Positions 19,471 to 27,966 of a stretch of 64,000 nt of DNA are shown one piece after another (position 1 is the stretch's first letter; the number at the start of each line of letters is the position of its first letter). The DNA comes from Candidatus Heimdallarchaeota archaeon (GTDB lineage: Archaea; Asgardarchaeota; Heimdallarchaeia; Heimdallarchaeales; Heimdallarchaeaceae). The DNA lies in assembly GCA_019057815.1 (NCBI GenBank), contig JAHLWR010000010.1, forward strand, positions 32,001 to 96,000, in the 5' to 3' direction. The notes under the pieces were generated by a model that was not told where the DNA came from, did not search any database, and was given only the letters and a program-made list of their open reading frames with translations. The position numbers and the translations under genes are program-made.

Positions 19471-20997
19471 TTACTTTGAGACAAACCTAGCATTCTGTTT
19501 TATCTTTGGATATTTCTGAATATTATCTAGATCTTTAAGAGATTTTAGAACAACATAGTATTCACTTTTTAGTTTAAATATCTCATAGGGAAACTTAAAG
19601 GGTTTTAATTTAACACCTTGTTTCTTCTCTTTTTTGGTTATAAAAAGTTCCATATGGTCAATCTTTTCAGCTTCTTCAGGTAATTTTGGAGGGACGATTG
19701 TCCTTGTTACAGTAATTTTTTTAGGTATTTTGTCCTCAAATTTCTTTGTGGTAACTGGTTTTTCTTTTAAGAGTTTATTCATTTCACTTAAATCCTTTGT
19801 CTCTCTTTTACCTTGATCATCGAAAAATTCTGCTATTATTTCCTTTTTCAGAATATCTCTACCTTTTGGAATTTGAATAAAACCAACATCACAATCTTGC
19901 ACAGATTGTTTTTCCTTCCATTCCAAGGGAGCAGATTCAATCCAATTTTTCGCAATTTCTTCTAATTCACTTAATGAATTGTTAGAAAGCTTTATTCCGA
20001 CTTCAAATCCTTCATCCAATCCTCTCTTCTCAAAATTCGCTGTCATTACTATACCAAGTTCATTTTCTGAATCCATGATAAATTTAGCGTGAAGATATTT
20101 GTAAGCTAAAATCCTTACACCGTTTTTTGCAGCTGCTTCAACAAACGGATAATTTTTTTCCTTTGGTCTAGTTAGAATTGTAAGTTTTTTCTCTTTACAA
20201 AAATTAATCAAATCTTGTGCAATTTCATGTTTAATGTCAAAACTGTAACTAGATATAATTAGTTCGGAAGAAGCATTTTTGATTAATTTAGAAATTTCTT
20301 CTTTAAGAGTTCTAGAGGAATAAGAAGTATTGATAATGGCATCTTTTGCACTAATATCTTTGAGTTTAATAGTTTTAACATCATCCCAATGCCCTATTCT
20401 TGTAAGTTCTTGTTTACTTTCTAACCAGAAGCCTTTACGAAAAAGGTTGAAAAGGCTTGATGTTTCATCTTTATCTAATATTATTCCTATCTCTTGATTT
20501 CTAGTTAAAGCTTCTTTGGTAAAGTTTGCAGTTGATAAAAATCCTTTCTTATTTTCTGTAGTTGGATCAATGAGCAAAAATTTAGCATGTAGATGTTCAC
20601 TTGTTCTTGCTAGTACTTTACCTGTAAGTTTACTCAACATCATTTTGTGTTCTTCTAAGGTTTTTTTATCGAAATCAGATTGTTCATCTTTGTATTCTTT
20701 CTCAAGTTGAGCATCTGTAGAAAATAAAAGATAACACCTTACACCTCTTTCACTTGCATTAATAATTGATTTAATAATTCTAGTATCACTTAAAATAAAT
20801 GAGCACAACATTACAGTATGTTTTGCGCTTTTGATTGCCCCAATTAACAACTTATGGAAATCATCAGATTCATTTCCAATTTGAATGACCGTAGAGAAGG
20901 TTGTTGAATCTATTTTTCTATGTCTTCTTTCTTTCCAATGCGCTGGAATTGTATACTCGTATTGATAACTATTGTTTTGTTCTTTTTCTTTAATCAA
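19471..20997 (-). CDS. Phospholipase D-superfamily protein with two HKD modules (putative nuclease)
   Basis: HLHAKFLLID..STANFT..NQEIG and YLHAKFIMD..MTANFE..FEVG; no TM helices, unlike cardiolipin synthase. Confidence 0.85.
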   Translation of the reverse strand: MIKEKEQNNSYQYEYTIPAHWKERRHRKIDSTTFSTVIQIGNESDDFHKLLIGAIKSAKHTVMLCSFILSDTRIIKSIINASERGVRCYLLFSTDAQLEKEYKDEQSDFDKKTLEEHKMMLSKLTGKVLARTSEHLHAKFLLIDPTTENKKGFLSTANFTKEALTRNQEIGIILDKDETSSLFNLFRKGFWLESKQELTRIGHWDDVKTIKLKDISAKDAIINTSYSSRTLKEEISKLIKNASSELIISSYSFDIKHEIAQDLINFCKEKKLTILTRPKEKNYPFVEAAAKNGVRILAYKYLHAKFIMDSENELGIVMTANFEKRGLDEGFEVGIKLSNNSLSELEEIAKNWIESAPLEWKEKQSVQDCDVGFIQIPKGRDILKKEIIAEFFDDQGKRETKDLSEMNKLLKEKPVTTKKFEDKIPKKITVTRTIVPPKLPEEAEKIDHMELFITKKEKKQGVKLKPFKFPYEIFKLKSEYYVVLKSLKDLDNIQKYPKIKQNARFVSK

Positions 20998-22096
20998 AAG
21001 AAATAACCTCCTCTAATAACATGTCTTCTGGAGCCTTGAGAAACCAATATTTTTGAGAACCAAATTCAAGTTCGTCAAGAAGTTCATCCCTTTTTGGTAT
21101 ATCTAGTTTAAAATCTTTTAAATCAGAGAATTCATCAAGCATTTCTTTCCATTGAATTTCATACTGATTACCTACAAGATATAGGAAGCATTTACGTTCT
21201 AAAAATATAGTTTTAGCCCATAATATCGCACTTATCTGACAATCTGGAAAGATTGAAACATCATAAAATTTTACTTGTGAAAAATTGCCTAAATCTCCAA
21301 GTTTAATGCTCTTTTTATCAAAGTTTTTTAGAAAACTATTTACCTCAGATAATTGCAAATTTGAAGGATTCTGAGGAATTCTCCATCTCTTTAGGTCTGC
21401 ATTGGGTGAGATTATTTTAAGTAACTGATCAACCAAAAGTTTGTGTTCATATCCTTCAGGGAATGGAAAAGAAAATTCCTTGTTTTGGATAACTACTTTA
21501 GATTTCCATTTTCCTTCAGAATAAGTAAGAAGGATATCTAAATTTACCACCGAATTTCTATTAACTATTCCTATCTTATTTATTTCATGTATATCCACCA
21601 ATCTTGGCCGTTTTTCAAGTGTTCTAAGTTTAGTACCTTCTGTTTTTAAAACATGATTAGGTAAGACAATTTTTTTCTCTGTTCTCCCGTCTAGAGATTC
21701 TTTTAATTCTCTATCCAAATTTGGGTCTAATCTTTTAAAATCAATAATCACTTGTGGCAATAAAACATCTTTGACTGTTCGAATTTCAAAAGCACCTTCA
21801 TCTGGTGTTAAAATAGTCTCTTCTTCTAGTGCCTCAAATCCTCTGGGAGACAAAGAATAATCACTATCAATCAAATCTAATATCTTTAGTTCTTCTAGTA
21901 TATTTATAACAAATTTCTCTGAAAAACTTTGAAACAAGGTCTTATTCATATATTTAACCGAATTTTCTTTCTTTTCTTCAGCTTCTTGAACTGCTTTAAG
22001 AAGTGGTAAAAGTTCTGGTCTTCTTTCACTTATAAAAACACTCATCCTTACTGAATAAGAGACACTAGATATCTGTCTTTTTAGTACTATTCTCAT
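20990..22096 (-). CDS. Hypothetical protein (possible N-terminal winged helix) in the viperin operon
   Basis: 368-aa ORF translationally coupled between helicase and PLD; 'ILEELKILDLIDSDYSLSPRGFEAL' resembles a wHTH wing. Confidence 0.7.
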   Translation of the reverse strand: MRIVLKRQISSVSYSVRMSVFISERRPELLPLLKAVQEAEEKKENSVKYMNKTLFQSFSEKFVINILEELKILDLIDSDYSLSPRGFEALEEETILTPDEGAFEIRTVKDVLLPQVIIDFKRLDPNLDRELKESLDGRTEKKIVLPNHVLKTEGTKLRTLEKRPRLVDIHEINKIGIVNRNSVVNLDILLTYSEGKWKSKVVIQNKEFSFPFPEGYEHKLLVDQLLKIISPNADLKRWRIPQNPSNLQLSEVNSFLKNFDKKSIKLGDLGNFSQVKFYDVSIFPDCQISAILWAKTIFLERKCFLYLVGNQYEIQWKEMLDEFSDLKDFKLDIPKRDELLDELEFGSQKYWFLKAPEDMLLEEVISFD

Positions 22097-22102
22097 TTTA
22101 TC

Positions 22103-24877
22103 TCACCATATTTTTTTAGATTCAACTCTTTCAGCAAGTTGCTGCAAAATTTCTGACCTTTTTTGAATCTCCTTGAACAATTTTTTATTTCCAACGATAA
22201 CTAGTTGATACTTTGCTCTTGTTAATGCTACATTTAATCTATTAGGAGTATCTAAGAATCCCAATCCTCTACTTCTAACTAGTGATAAATATACAATATC
22301 AGCTTCATGACCTTGAAAGCGATCAACGGCACATAGTTCAATCACTACATTTTTTTCAGGAAGATAAAAAGTTCTAGTTCTTCTACTTTTTAAATAAGAT
22401 TGAAGTTTTTTTCTGATTAAATTTTCTTGACTAAGATAAAAGGGTAATATTGCAATTTTCCAAGGTTTATTATCCTTCCTTCTGTTATCCGAAGTCCACA
22501 TTAAAAGATCTTTGATTTCTTTTATTATTGCATTTGCTTCCTTGGAATTACTATTTTTATGTGATTGATTGATTTCTCTGTTTGAAAGCCTTATGTCAAT
22601 CCAAACTATCCTATTTTTGTAATTAGGATATTCAAATTGCCTTTCTTCTGAGATATATTGGGGGTCTTGTAATGCTTCATTATCATAGAAAAATTCTCGT
22701 GGAAAACTAGATATACTAGGATGCATTCGATGTTGAAACCTTAAAATCTTATGACGGTGTTTCATTACATTTTTAACGGGTAGCCCATCAGTTATTATCA
22801 ATCCAATATCCTTTTCTTTTTGAGATTGACTCCTCTCAAAACCCTTCTGTAGAAGTTCAATAATGGAAGGAAATGCTAATCTTTTTACTTGATCCAAATC
22901 AGATAGAAATTTTGTCCTTCTAATGTCACTCCAATGATTTGGAATTAATTTTTCTATTTGCTTCTTGTATCTGTTATCCACAAGACTCCTTAACTCATAA
23001 TCACGAACTAATCGCCAACCTATAGCCTCACTCCATGTTTGATCATTTGATATCTTGAGATTAATCTCATAATTTTCTTTCAGAACCATTCTTATTTTTC
23101 TTTTCCATCTTCTAAGATCATCATACAGAGAAGATAACTCTATTGGTTGTAAAGAACTTGCATCGTGTTCTACATAAGAATTTATACTCAGAGGAAGAAA
23201 TTCTTCGTTTTTTTCGAAATCTGCCTTTGTTCCAAATATAATAGAAGCACCGAGTAAATTATAAAATTCCATTTTATTCAAATCTGATAGTACATAGTAG
23301 GGGATAGTACTTGGAATAAGTTTTTCTAGAAGTTCATCATTATGCAATGGTTTAGCTAACAGTTTCAAACACTTGATTGTATGATTTTTGTTAATTTTCT
23401 GGATTTCTTCAAAATTATTGACTAATGCAATTATATTTCCTTCTTCAGGAGCAAAGGTTATAATATTACTGACAACACCGTCTTCATCAACATAAGGTGG
23501 AAGCTGTTTTATATCTCCTACAATTATATGACGTTCTGCAATTAAAGCAGGAACAAGAAATTCTTGAAAAGTTGTTTTACTAGCTTCATCAAGAATTAAT
23601 ATATCATAAGGTCTCATTGATGCTGTTTTACCTTCAAACCTTAATTTCTCAATTTCTGGATGTTTAAGAATACCAATGGTTGTTCCACAAACTAAATTTG
23701 CAGCTCTTACAAACACACGTTTCATATAATCGGGAGTTGTTTTCTCATCAGATTCTAAAATTCCTAACATCATATCTTGTGATTCAGTTTTGTTCTTAAT
23801 TGATCTCAAATTTTTTCTCAATTTTTCCTTCTCAGTTTCCCAAAAAGAATCAAGCTGATATTCAGTTGCCAAATCTGATATTCTGTCTGTTTTACCAATT
23901 CTAATAGGAAGAACATACTGTTTAACTTTTTCATAAACATCTGAATCTTCATCCATAAGTTTCTCTATCACATTGTCTACTGCTACATGAGTTGAAGCTA
24001 CAAGTAGAATTTTTAAGTCTCTTTTTAACGCTTGGTAAATTAGCTCACATATAGTTGTTGTTTTTCCTGAACCAGGAGGACCCTCTAAAATTGCTAGGTC
24101 AGGAGTACCAAGAGCAATTTTAACAAATTCTCTTTGATCTACATTGCCTGACCTAAGATCGTCTGTCAAAAATAACCACTCATTATTTCGAATTGGATGA
24201 GGAATAACATCATCAAATTTTACAGTTCTTATATTTTCGAATAGTCTAATCAGATTTCTGTTGTGTTTAAGAGGACGATTTAGGAGTTGCTCTAGAGATT
24301 GGTTGATCACATCAAGTTGATACAAGTTTGGTCTTAAATATAATCTCATTCTGTTTCTTTTATTATTGATATCCTCTTTTTTTAGTACTAGTATGTCATA
24401 TGGAGGGTATGTTGCTAAGACTTTGATACTTCTTGGATTTTCTAGATGTTTAGTGGGAAAAACTTCTTTTGAATTCAAAAACTGTTCTTTTTTATGCTGA
24501 TAGGTTTCTAAACCCTCGCTATTCTGGGGTTCTATACATTTATATAAGACCCCTCTTCCATTAGTAGATAGCTTAGTTACTCGATCTAGTTGTTTTTTCA
24601 ATCTTTTTTTTCGTTTGATTTCCTTTTTATCATAACCTCCTAAATAGAGATCGTTTTCAGTTGTATAGTCCTCAAGCAGATAAAACTCCTCAGTCATTAA
24701 ATCTTCTACTTCAAACCTCTCTACAGTAATATATATTCGCTTAACTCTTGACGTATACATTATTCTATCAATAAAACGGAAATATGGTTTAATTCCATGG
24801 AGTGTTGTCCACATAATTGATTTTACATCTCTTTCAGATAACCTCTCATCTAAGTTCTCATAATAAAGAAAAGACAT
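22103..24877 (-). CDS. SF1B helicase, UPF1/DNA2/NAM7-like (AAA_11+AAA_12)
   Basis: GPPGSGKTT, ASTHVAVDN, ILDEAS, VGDIKQLPP, QHRMHP.I, VDRFQGHEAD, RLNVALTRAK. Confidence 0.93.
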   Translation of the reverse strand: MSFLYYENLDERLSERDVKSIMWTTLHGIKPYFRFIDRIMYTSRVKRIYITVERFEVEDLMTEEFYLLEDYTTENDLYLGGYDKKEIKRKKRLKKQLDRVTKLSTNGRGVLYKCIEPQNSEGLETYQHKKEQFLNSKEVFPTKHLENPRSIKVLATYPPYDILVLKKEDINNKRNRMRLYLRPNLYQLDVINQSLEQLLNRPLKHNRNLIRLFENIRTVKFDDVIPHPIRNNEWLFLTDDLRSGNVDQREFVKIALGTPDLAILEGPPGSGKTTTICELIYQALKRDLKILLVASTHVAVDNVIEKLMDEDSDVYEKVKQYVLPIRIGKTDRISDLATEYQLDSFWETEKEKLRKNLRSIKNKTESQDMMLGILESDEKTTPDYMKRVFVRAANLVCGTTIGILKHPEIEKLRFEGKTASMRPYDILILDEASKTTFQEFLVPALIAERHIIVGDIKQLPPYVDEDGVVSNIITFAPEEGNIIALVNNFEEIQKINKNHTIKCLKLLAKPLHNDELLEKLIPSTIPYYVLSDLNKMEFYNLLGASIIFGTKADFEKNEEFLPLSINSYVEHDASSLQPIELSSLYDDLRRWKRKIRMVLKENYEINLKISNDQTWSEAIGWRLVRDYELRSLVDNRYKKQIEKLIPNHWSDIRRTKFLSDLDQVKRLAFPSIIELLQKGFERSQSQKEKDIGLIITDGLPVKNVMKHRHKILRFQHRMHPSISSFPREFFYDNEALQDPQYISEERQFEYPNYKNRIVWIDIRLSNREINQSHKNSNSKEANAIIKEIKDLLMWTSDNRRKDNKPWKIAILPFYLSQENLIRKKLQSYLKSRRTRTFYLPEKNVVIELCAVDRFQGHEADIVYLSLVRSRGLGFLDTPNRLNVALTRAKYQLVIVGNKKLFKEIQKRSEILQQLAERVESKKIW

Positions 24878-25758
24878 TAGCTAACACTCCTTGGCTTGAG
24901 ATTCCAGTTATAAATTCCACCACGTTTCTTGAATTTTTCATAGTGCCAACCTACTTGTTGAATTGCTGAATAAGGGTCTACTTCAAGAATAGATAGACTA
25001 TATTTCAGATAACCCTCAGAGTTCTGAAAAAACCTACCCATAGCGTCAAGCATAAGATAAGAACCTCTCATAAGTTCATTATTCTCTGCAATGGGATTCA
25101 ATGATTCATGCTTCTGTACAAAATTGTCAAATTGCTCTGATGATATCTGAAGAGACTGAAAATATTCATCATTCTGACCTTTTACAGATAATACTTGGAA
25201 TACTTTCCATCTTTGAGGATTGAGTTCAATAATCAAATCAGTCATCTCTTCTTCCCAGTTCATACTAGTAACAACAGTATTGATTTTAAGTTTGATACCA
25301 GCTGTATGAATTACTTTTACTATTTCTTTAATCTTTTGGATATGATTTCCTGAACCTCTTCCAAGTTTATATTGTGTTTCTTCTTTTGAACTATCTAAAC
25401 TTAAAGCAATCCAATCTATGTAAGATTTGTACTCTTCGATAAAATTACCCGTTAGTAATGAACCACTTGTTATCAGCATTGTTGTCATATCTAGCTTTTT
25501 AGCTTCTATTATTAAATCTCCTAAATGAGGACAGAGTAACGGTTCTCCACCTGTAAGAGATAATTTCTCTGTTCCTGCAGAATTGAGGATTGAAGGTATT
25601 TTTAGTGCTTCTTCTTTTGATAATAAAGATTTTATCTCATTAAAGGTTCCAAAACAGAATTTGCATTTATTCGTACATCTAGGCCACAAATGCCAGTTTA
25701 CACTTATCAAAGGAAAAGAGGAATTATTAAGACAAGAATAATTCTCTTTCATTTTCAT
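24877..25758 (-). CDS. rsad2: Viperin (RSAD2-like antiviral radical SAM ddhNTP synthase)
   Basis: SVNWHLWPRCTNKCKFCF, GGEP, KINTVV, PQRWKVFQ, ENNELMRGSYLMLD..GRF and C-terminal FKKRGGIYNW, all viperin-specific motifs (cf. animal SVNYHFTRQCNYKCGFCF..FLKRGGKYIW). Confidence 0.93.
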   Translation of the reverse strand: MKMKENYSCLNNSSFPLISVNWHLWPRCTNKCKFCFGTFNEIKSLLSKEEALKIPSILNSAGTEKLSLTGGEPLLCPHLGDLIIEAKKLDMTTMLITSGSLLTGNFIEEYKSYIDWIALSLDSSKEETQYKLGRGSGNHIQKIKEIVKVIHTAGIKLKINTVVTSMNWEEEMTDLIIELNPQRWKVFQVLSVKGQNDEYFQSLQISSEQFDNFVQKHESLNPIAENNELMRGSYLMLDAMGRFFQNSEGYLKYSLSILEVDPYSAIQQVGWHYEKFKKRGGIYNWNLKPRSVS

Positions 25759-26228
25759 TAATGAGTAGCTCCTAGGATTATATCAGATTTTGATAGATTC
25801 ACGAAATTTGACTGTTTGAAAAAGAAGAAATCAGTCGCTTCAGTTGCTAGATTTCCATTAGCTATTTTATAAGGAAACACTCTATTGAAGTCTAAATCAT
25901 AAAACATTGTTTGAAATTCTCTAAATCTGTCGTTCGAAAGAATAGCAGTATCTAATTCTCTAGCGTAAGCTAGTATAGCTATGTCATCATATATTCTTGG
26001 GTCAAGTAAAAGAACATCATCATCCTCTTGAAATCTTTTCTTGAATTTCTTGAATCCTGGTAAAATAAAGAGTGGCGATACTCCATTATTCTTTGCCCAA
26101 ATTCGGACATAATCAATATTATGAAGATTGCTTTCTCCTTTTGGATGTTTTATAACATTAAGTCCATCAACTATTAAGATATTTTTTTGGTTTTCTCTTT
26201 TTGTTTTTCGTTTTGTTTGGAGTTGCAT
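25758..26228 (-). CDS. NYN/PIN ribonuclease of the Zc3h12a (Regnase-1/N4BP1)-like type
   Basis: ILIVDGLNV..YDDIAIL.YA....AILSNDRFREF..RVFPYKI; all four catalytic Asp present. ATG at 26228 is the likely start; TAATG overlap with viperin. Confidence 0.8.
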   Translation of the reverse strand: MQLQTKRKTKRENQKNILIVDGLNVIKHPKGESNLHNIDYVRIWAKNNGVSPLFILPGFKKFKKRFQEDDDVLLLDPRIYDDIAILAYARELDTAILSNDRFREFQTMFYDLDFNRVFPYKIANGNLATEATDFFFFKQSNFVNLSKSDIILGATH

Positions 26229-26335
26229 TAAATATACAAAGAAGAACAAGATATTAAAAGTTTTTCTTTTATATTTAAAATTAATATTGTATTATACAAA
26301 ACAATCTTTTTAAATATGTCTGCTCTCACAACATT
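26228..26335. promoter_or_regulatory. Divergent promoter region with candidate operator palindromes
   Basis: TTGTAT-T-ATACAA perfect inverted repeat at 26287-26299. Imperfect IR TTAAATATACAAAGAAGAAC / GTTTTTCTTTTATATTTAA at 26228-26278. TATA-like TTTTAAATA upstream of the CARF gene. Confidence 0.45.
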
Positions 26336-26980
26336 ATGCGCAACTTGCATATTGCGACTGTTGGTAAATCACCTGGTCCAATCATTGAAGGAATTAGAGT
26401 ATATCCTATTGATGATTTGTATATGTTGTATAATGAGGGGTCCCATAAGGAAGCTTTAGAAATAAAAAAATCAGCAATCAATTGGAAGCTTAAGTGCAAC
26501 ATGATTGAGGTTGATCAATTTGATATCGAAAATATTTTTGTTACAATCCTGTTGATTCAAAAACGAAACCTTGGAAGTAAAATTTACATAAACGTAACAG
26601 GAGGTACAAAAATAATGTCAAACGCAGCTTTTCTTGCAGGATATCTAATAGGTGCTACTATTTATTATATTAGAGAAGCTCAAGAAAATGAATCTCTTCA
26701 AGATTGTGTTATTGAGCTTCCTGTACCTAAAATACAATTAGATGACATCGATGAAAATCAACAAAAAATTTTGTCTCATTTGCTAAAAAATAATGGAAAG
26801 ATAACGACAGGAACTACAGAACTAAGTAAGAACCTTCATTTAAAACCTCAATTAATAAGTTATCATCTTAAAAGATTGGAAATTGCTAATCTAATCATAA
26901 ACGAAAAAAAAGGAAGAATAAATATTATAAGTTTAACAAGCGCAGGTAGGTTTGCAGCAAAATACCATGGTATTTTATAA
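26336..26980 (+). CDS. CARF + winged-HTH transcriptional regulator (Csa3/DUF6293-like)
   Basis: HIATVG.SP..I..GI, INVTGGTKIM (CARF); C-terminal ELSKNL..KPQLISYHLKRLE..LI..LTSAGR (ArsR/MarR wHTH). Confidence 0.85.
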   Translation: MRNLHIATVGKSPGPIIEGIRVYPIDDLYMLYNEGSHKEALEIKKSAINWKLKCNMIEVDQFDIENIFVTILLIQKRNLGSKIYINVTGGTKIMSNAAFLAGYLIGATIYYIREAQENESLQDCVIELPVPKIQLDDIDENQQKILSHLLKNNGKITTGTTELSKNLHLKPQLISYHLKRLEIANLIINEKKGRINIISLTSAGRFAAKYHGIL

Positions 26981-26999
26981 ATTTGAGAGATGGAAAATA

Positions 27000-27950
27000 T
27001 TGAATATTCTCATCACAGGAGGTTTGGGTTTTATTGGTTCTCATCTTGTTAAATTCCTTTTAGAAAAAACAGAGAACAATTTAATCATTTTAGATAACTT
27101 ATCAACTGGTAAGAAATCAAATATTTACAATCTGGTTAATAAAGAGAATATCTCCAGAGTAGAAATTATTAAGGAAACAGTTGAAAATGTAGACCAAATA
27201 AAGCTAAAAAATATTTCAAAAATATTCCATTTGGCAAGTCATGCTAGTCCAACAGATTTTAGAAAACACTCTCTAGAAATTATGATGACTAACTCTATTG
27301 GAACAAAGAAAGTTTTAGATATAGCGCTTAAGAACAATGCTACATTCATCTTAGCTTCAACATCTGAAATATACGGTAATCCATTAATTCATCCACAAAA
27401 CGAAGATTATTATGGTAACGTTAATACACTAGGAATAAGAGCATGTTATGATGAATCTAAGCGTTTTTCGGAAACACTTTCGATGATTTATAAAAGAGAT
27501 AAAAATTTGGATGTTAGAATTCTTAGAATTTTCAACACATATGGAACTAATATGAGACTTAATGACGGGAGAGTTATACCAACTTTCTTGAAACAAGCAT
27601 TAACAGGTAACCCCATAACTGTCAGAGGGGATGGAAAACAATCAAGATCGTTATGTCATGTTTCTGACCTTATAAATGGGATTTATTTGATTTCGGTTAT
27701 TAAAAACATTAAATACAATGTGTACAACATTGGGAATCCAGAAGAAATAGAAATAATCGAGTTAGCTGAAATGATAAAAAAAATGACTTGTTCATGTTCG
27801 AAAATCAAATATATAGAGGAATTAGACGATGAACCTCGAAGAAGAAGACCGGATATTAATAGAATAAAGGACGAAACAGGTTGGTCACCCACTATTTCGT
27901 TAAGGGAGGGACTTAAGAAGATTATACCACATTACAAAGAGATGTTATAA
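27000..27950 (+). CDS. UDP-glucuronate decarboxylase-like SDR (UXS family)
   Basis: TGGLGFIGSHL, HLASHASP, ASTSEIYG.P..HPQ.E.YYGNVN..G.RACYDESKR, RIFNTYG..M..NDGRV. TTG start at 27000 is likely. Confidence 0.88.
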   Translation: MNILITGGLGFIGSHLVKFLLEKTENNLIILDNLSTGKKSNIYNLVNKENISRVEIIKETVENVDQIKLKNISKIFHLASHASPTDFRKHSLEIMMTNSIGTKKVLDIALKNNATFILASTSEIYGNPLIHPQNEDYYGNVNTLGIRACYDESKRFSETLSMIYKRDKNLDVRILRIFNTYGTNMRLNDGRVIPTFLKQALTGNPITVRGDGKQSRSLCHVSDLINGIYLISVIKNIKYNVYNIGNPEEIEIIELAEMIKKMTCSCSKIKYIEELDDEPRRRRPDINRIKDETGWSPTISLREGLKKIIPHYKEML

Positions 27951-27966
27951 AAGAAAAAAGAATAAG

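Noticed and set aside
19471-20997. Cardiolipin synthase
   Set aside because: No N-terminal TM helices; the motif context (HAK..TANF..E.G) and operon fit Nuc-like PLD nucleases better.
19471-24877. DISARM/Zorya/Dpd assignment for helicase + PLD
   Set aside because: The helicase is SF1 UPF1-like rather than SF2; there is no DUF1998, ZorAB or DpdA/TGT gene.
24877-25758. MoaA or a generic radical SAM
   Set aside because: Lacks the MoaA C-terminal Cys cluster and has viperin-specific NWH, RWKVFQ, SY..LD and RGG.Y.W motifs.
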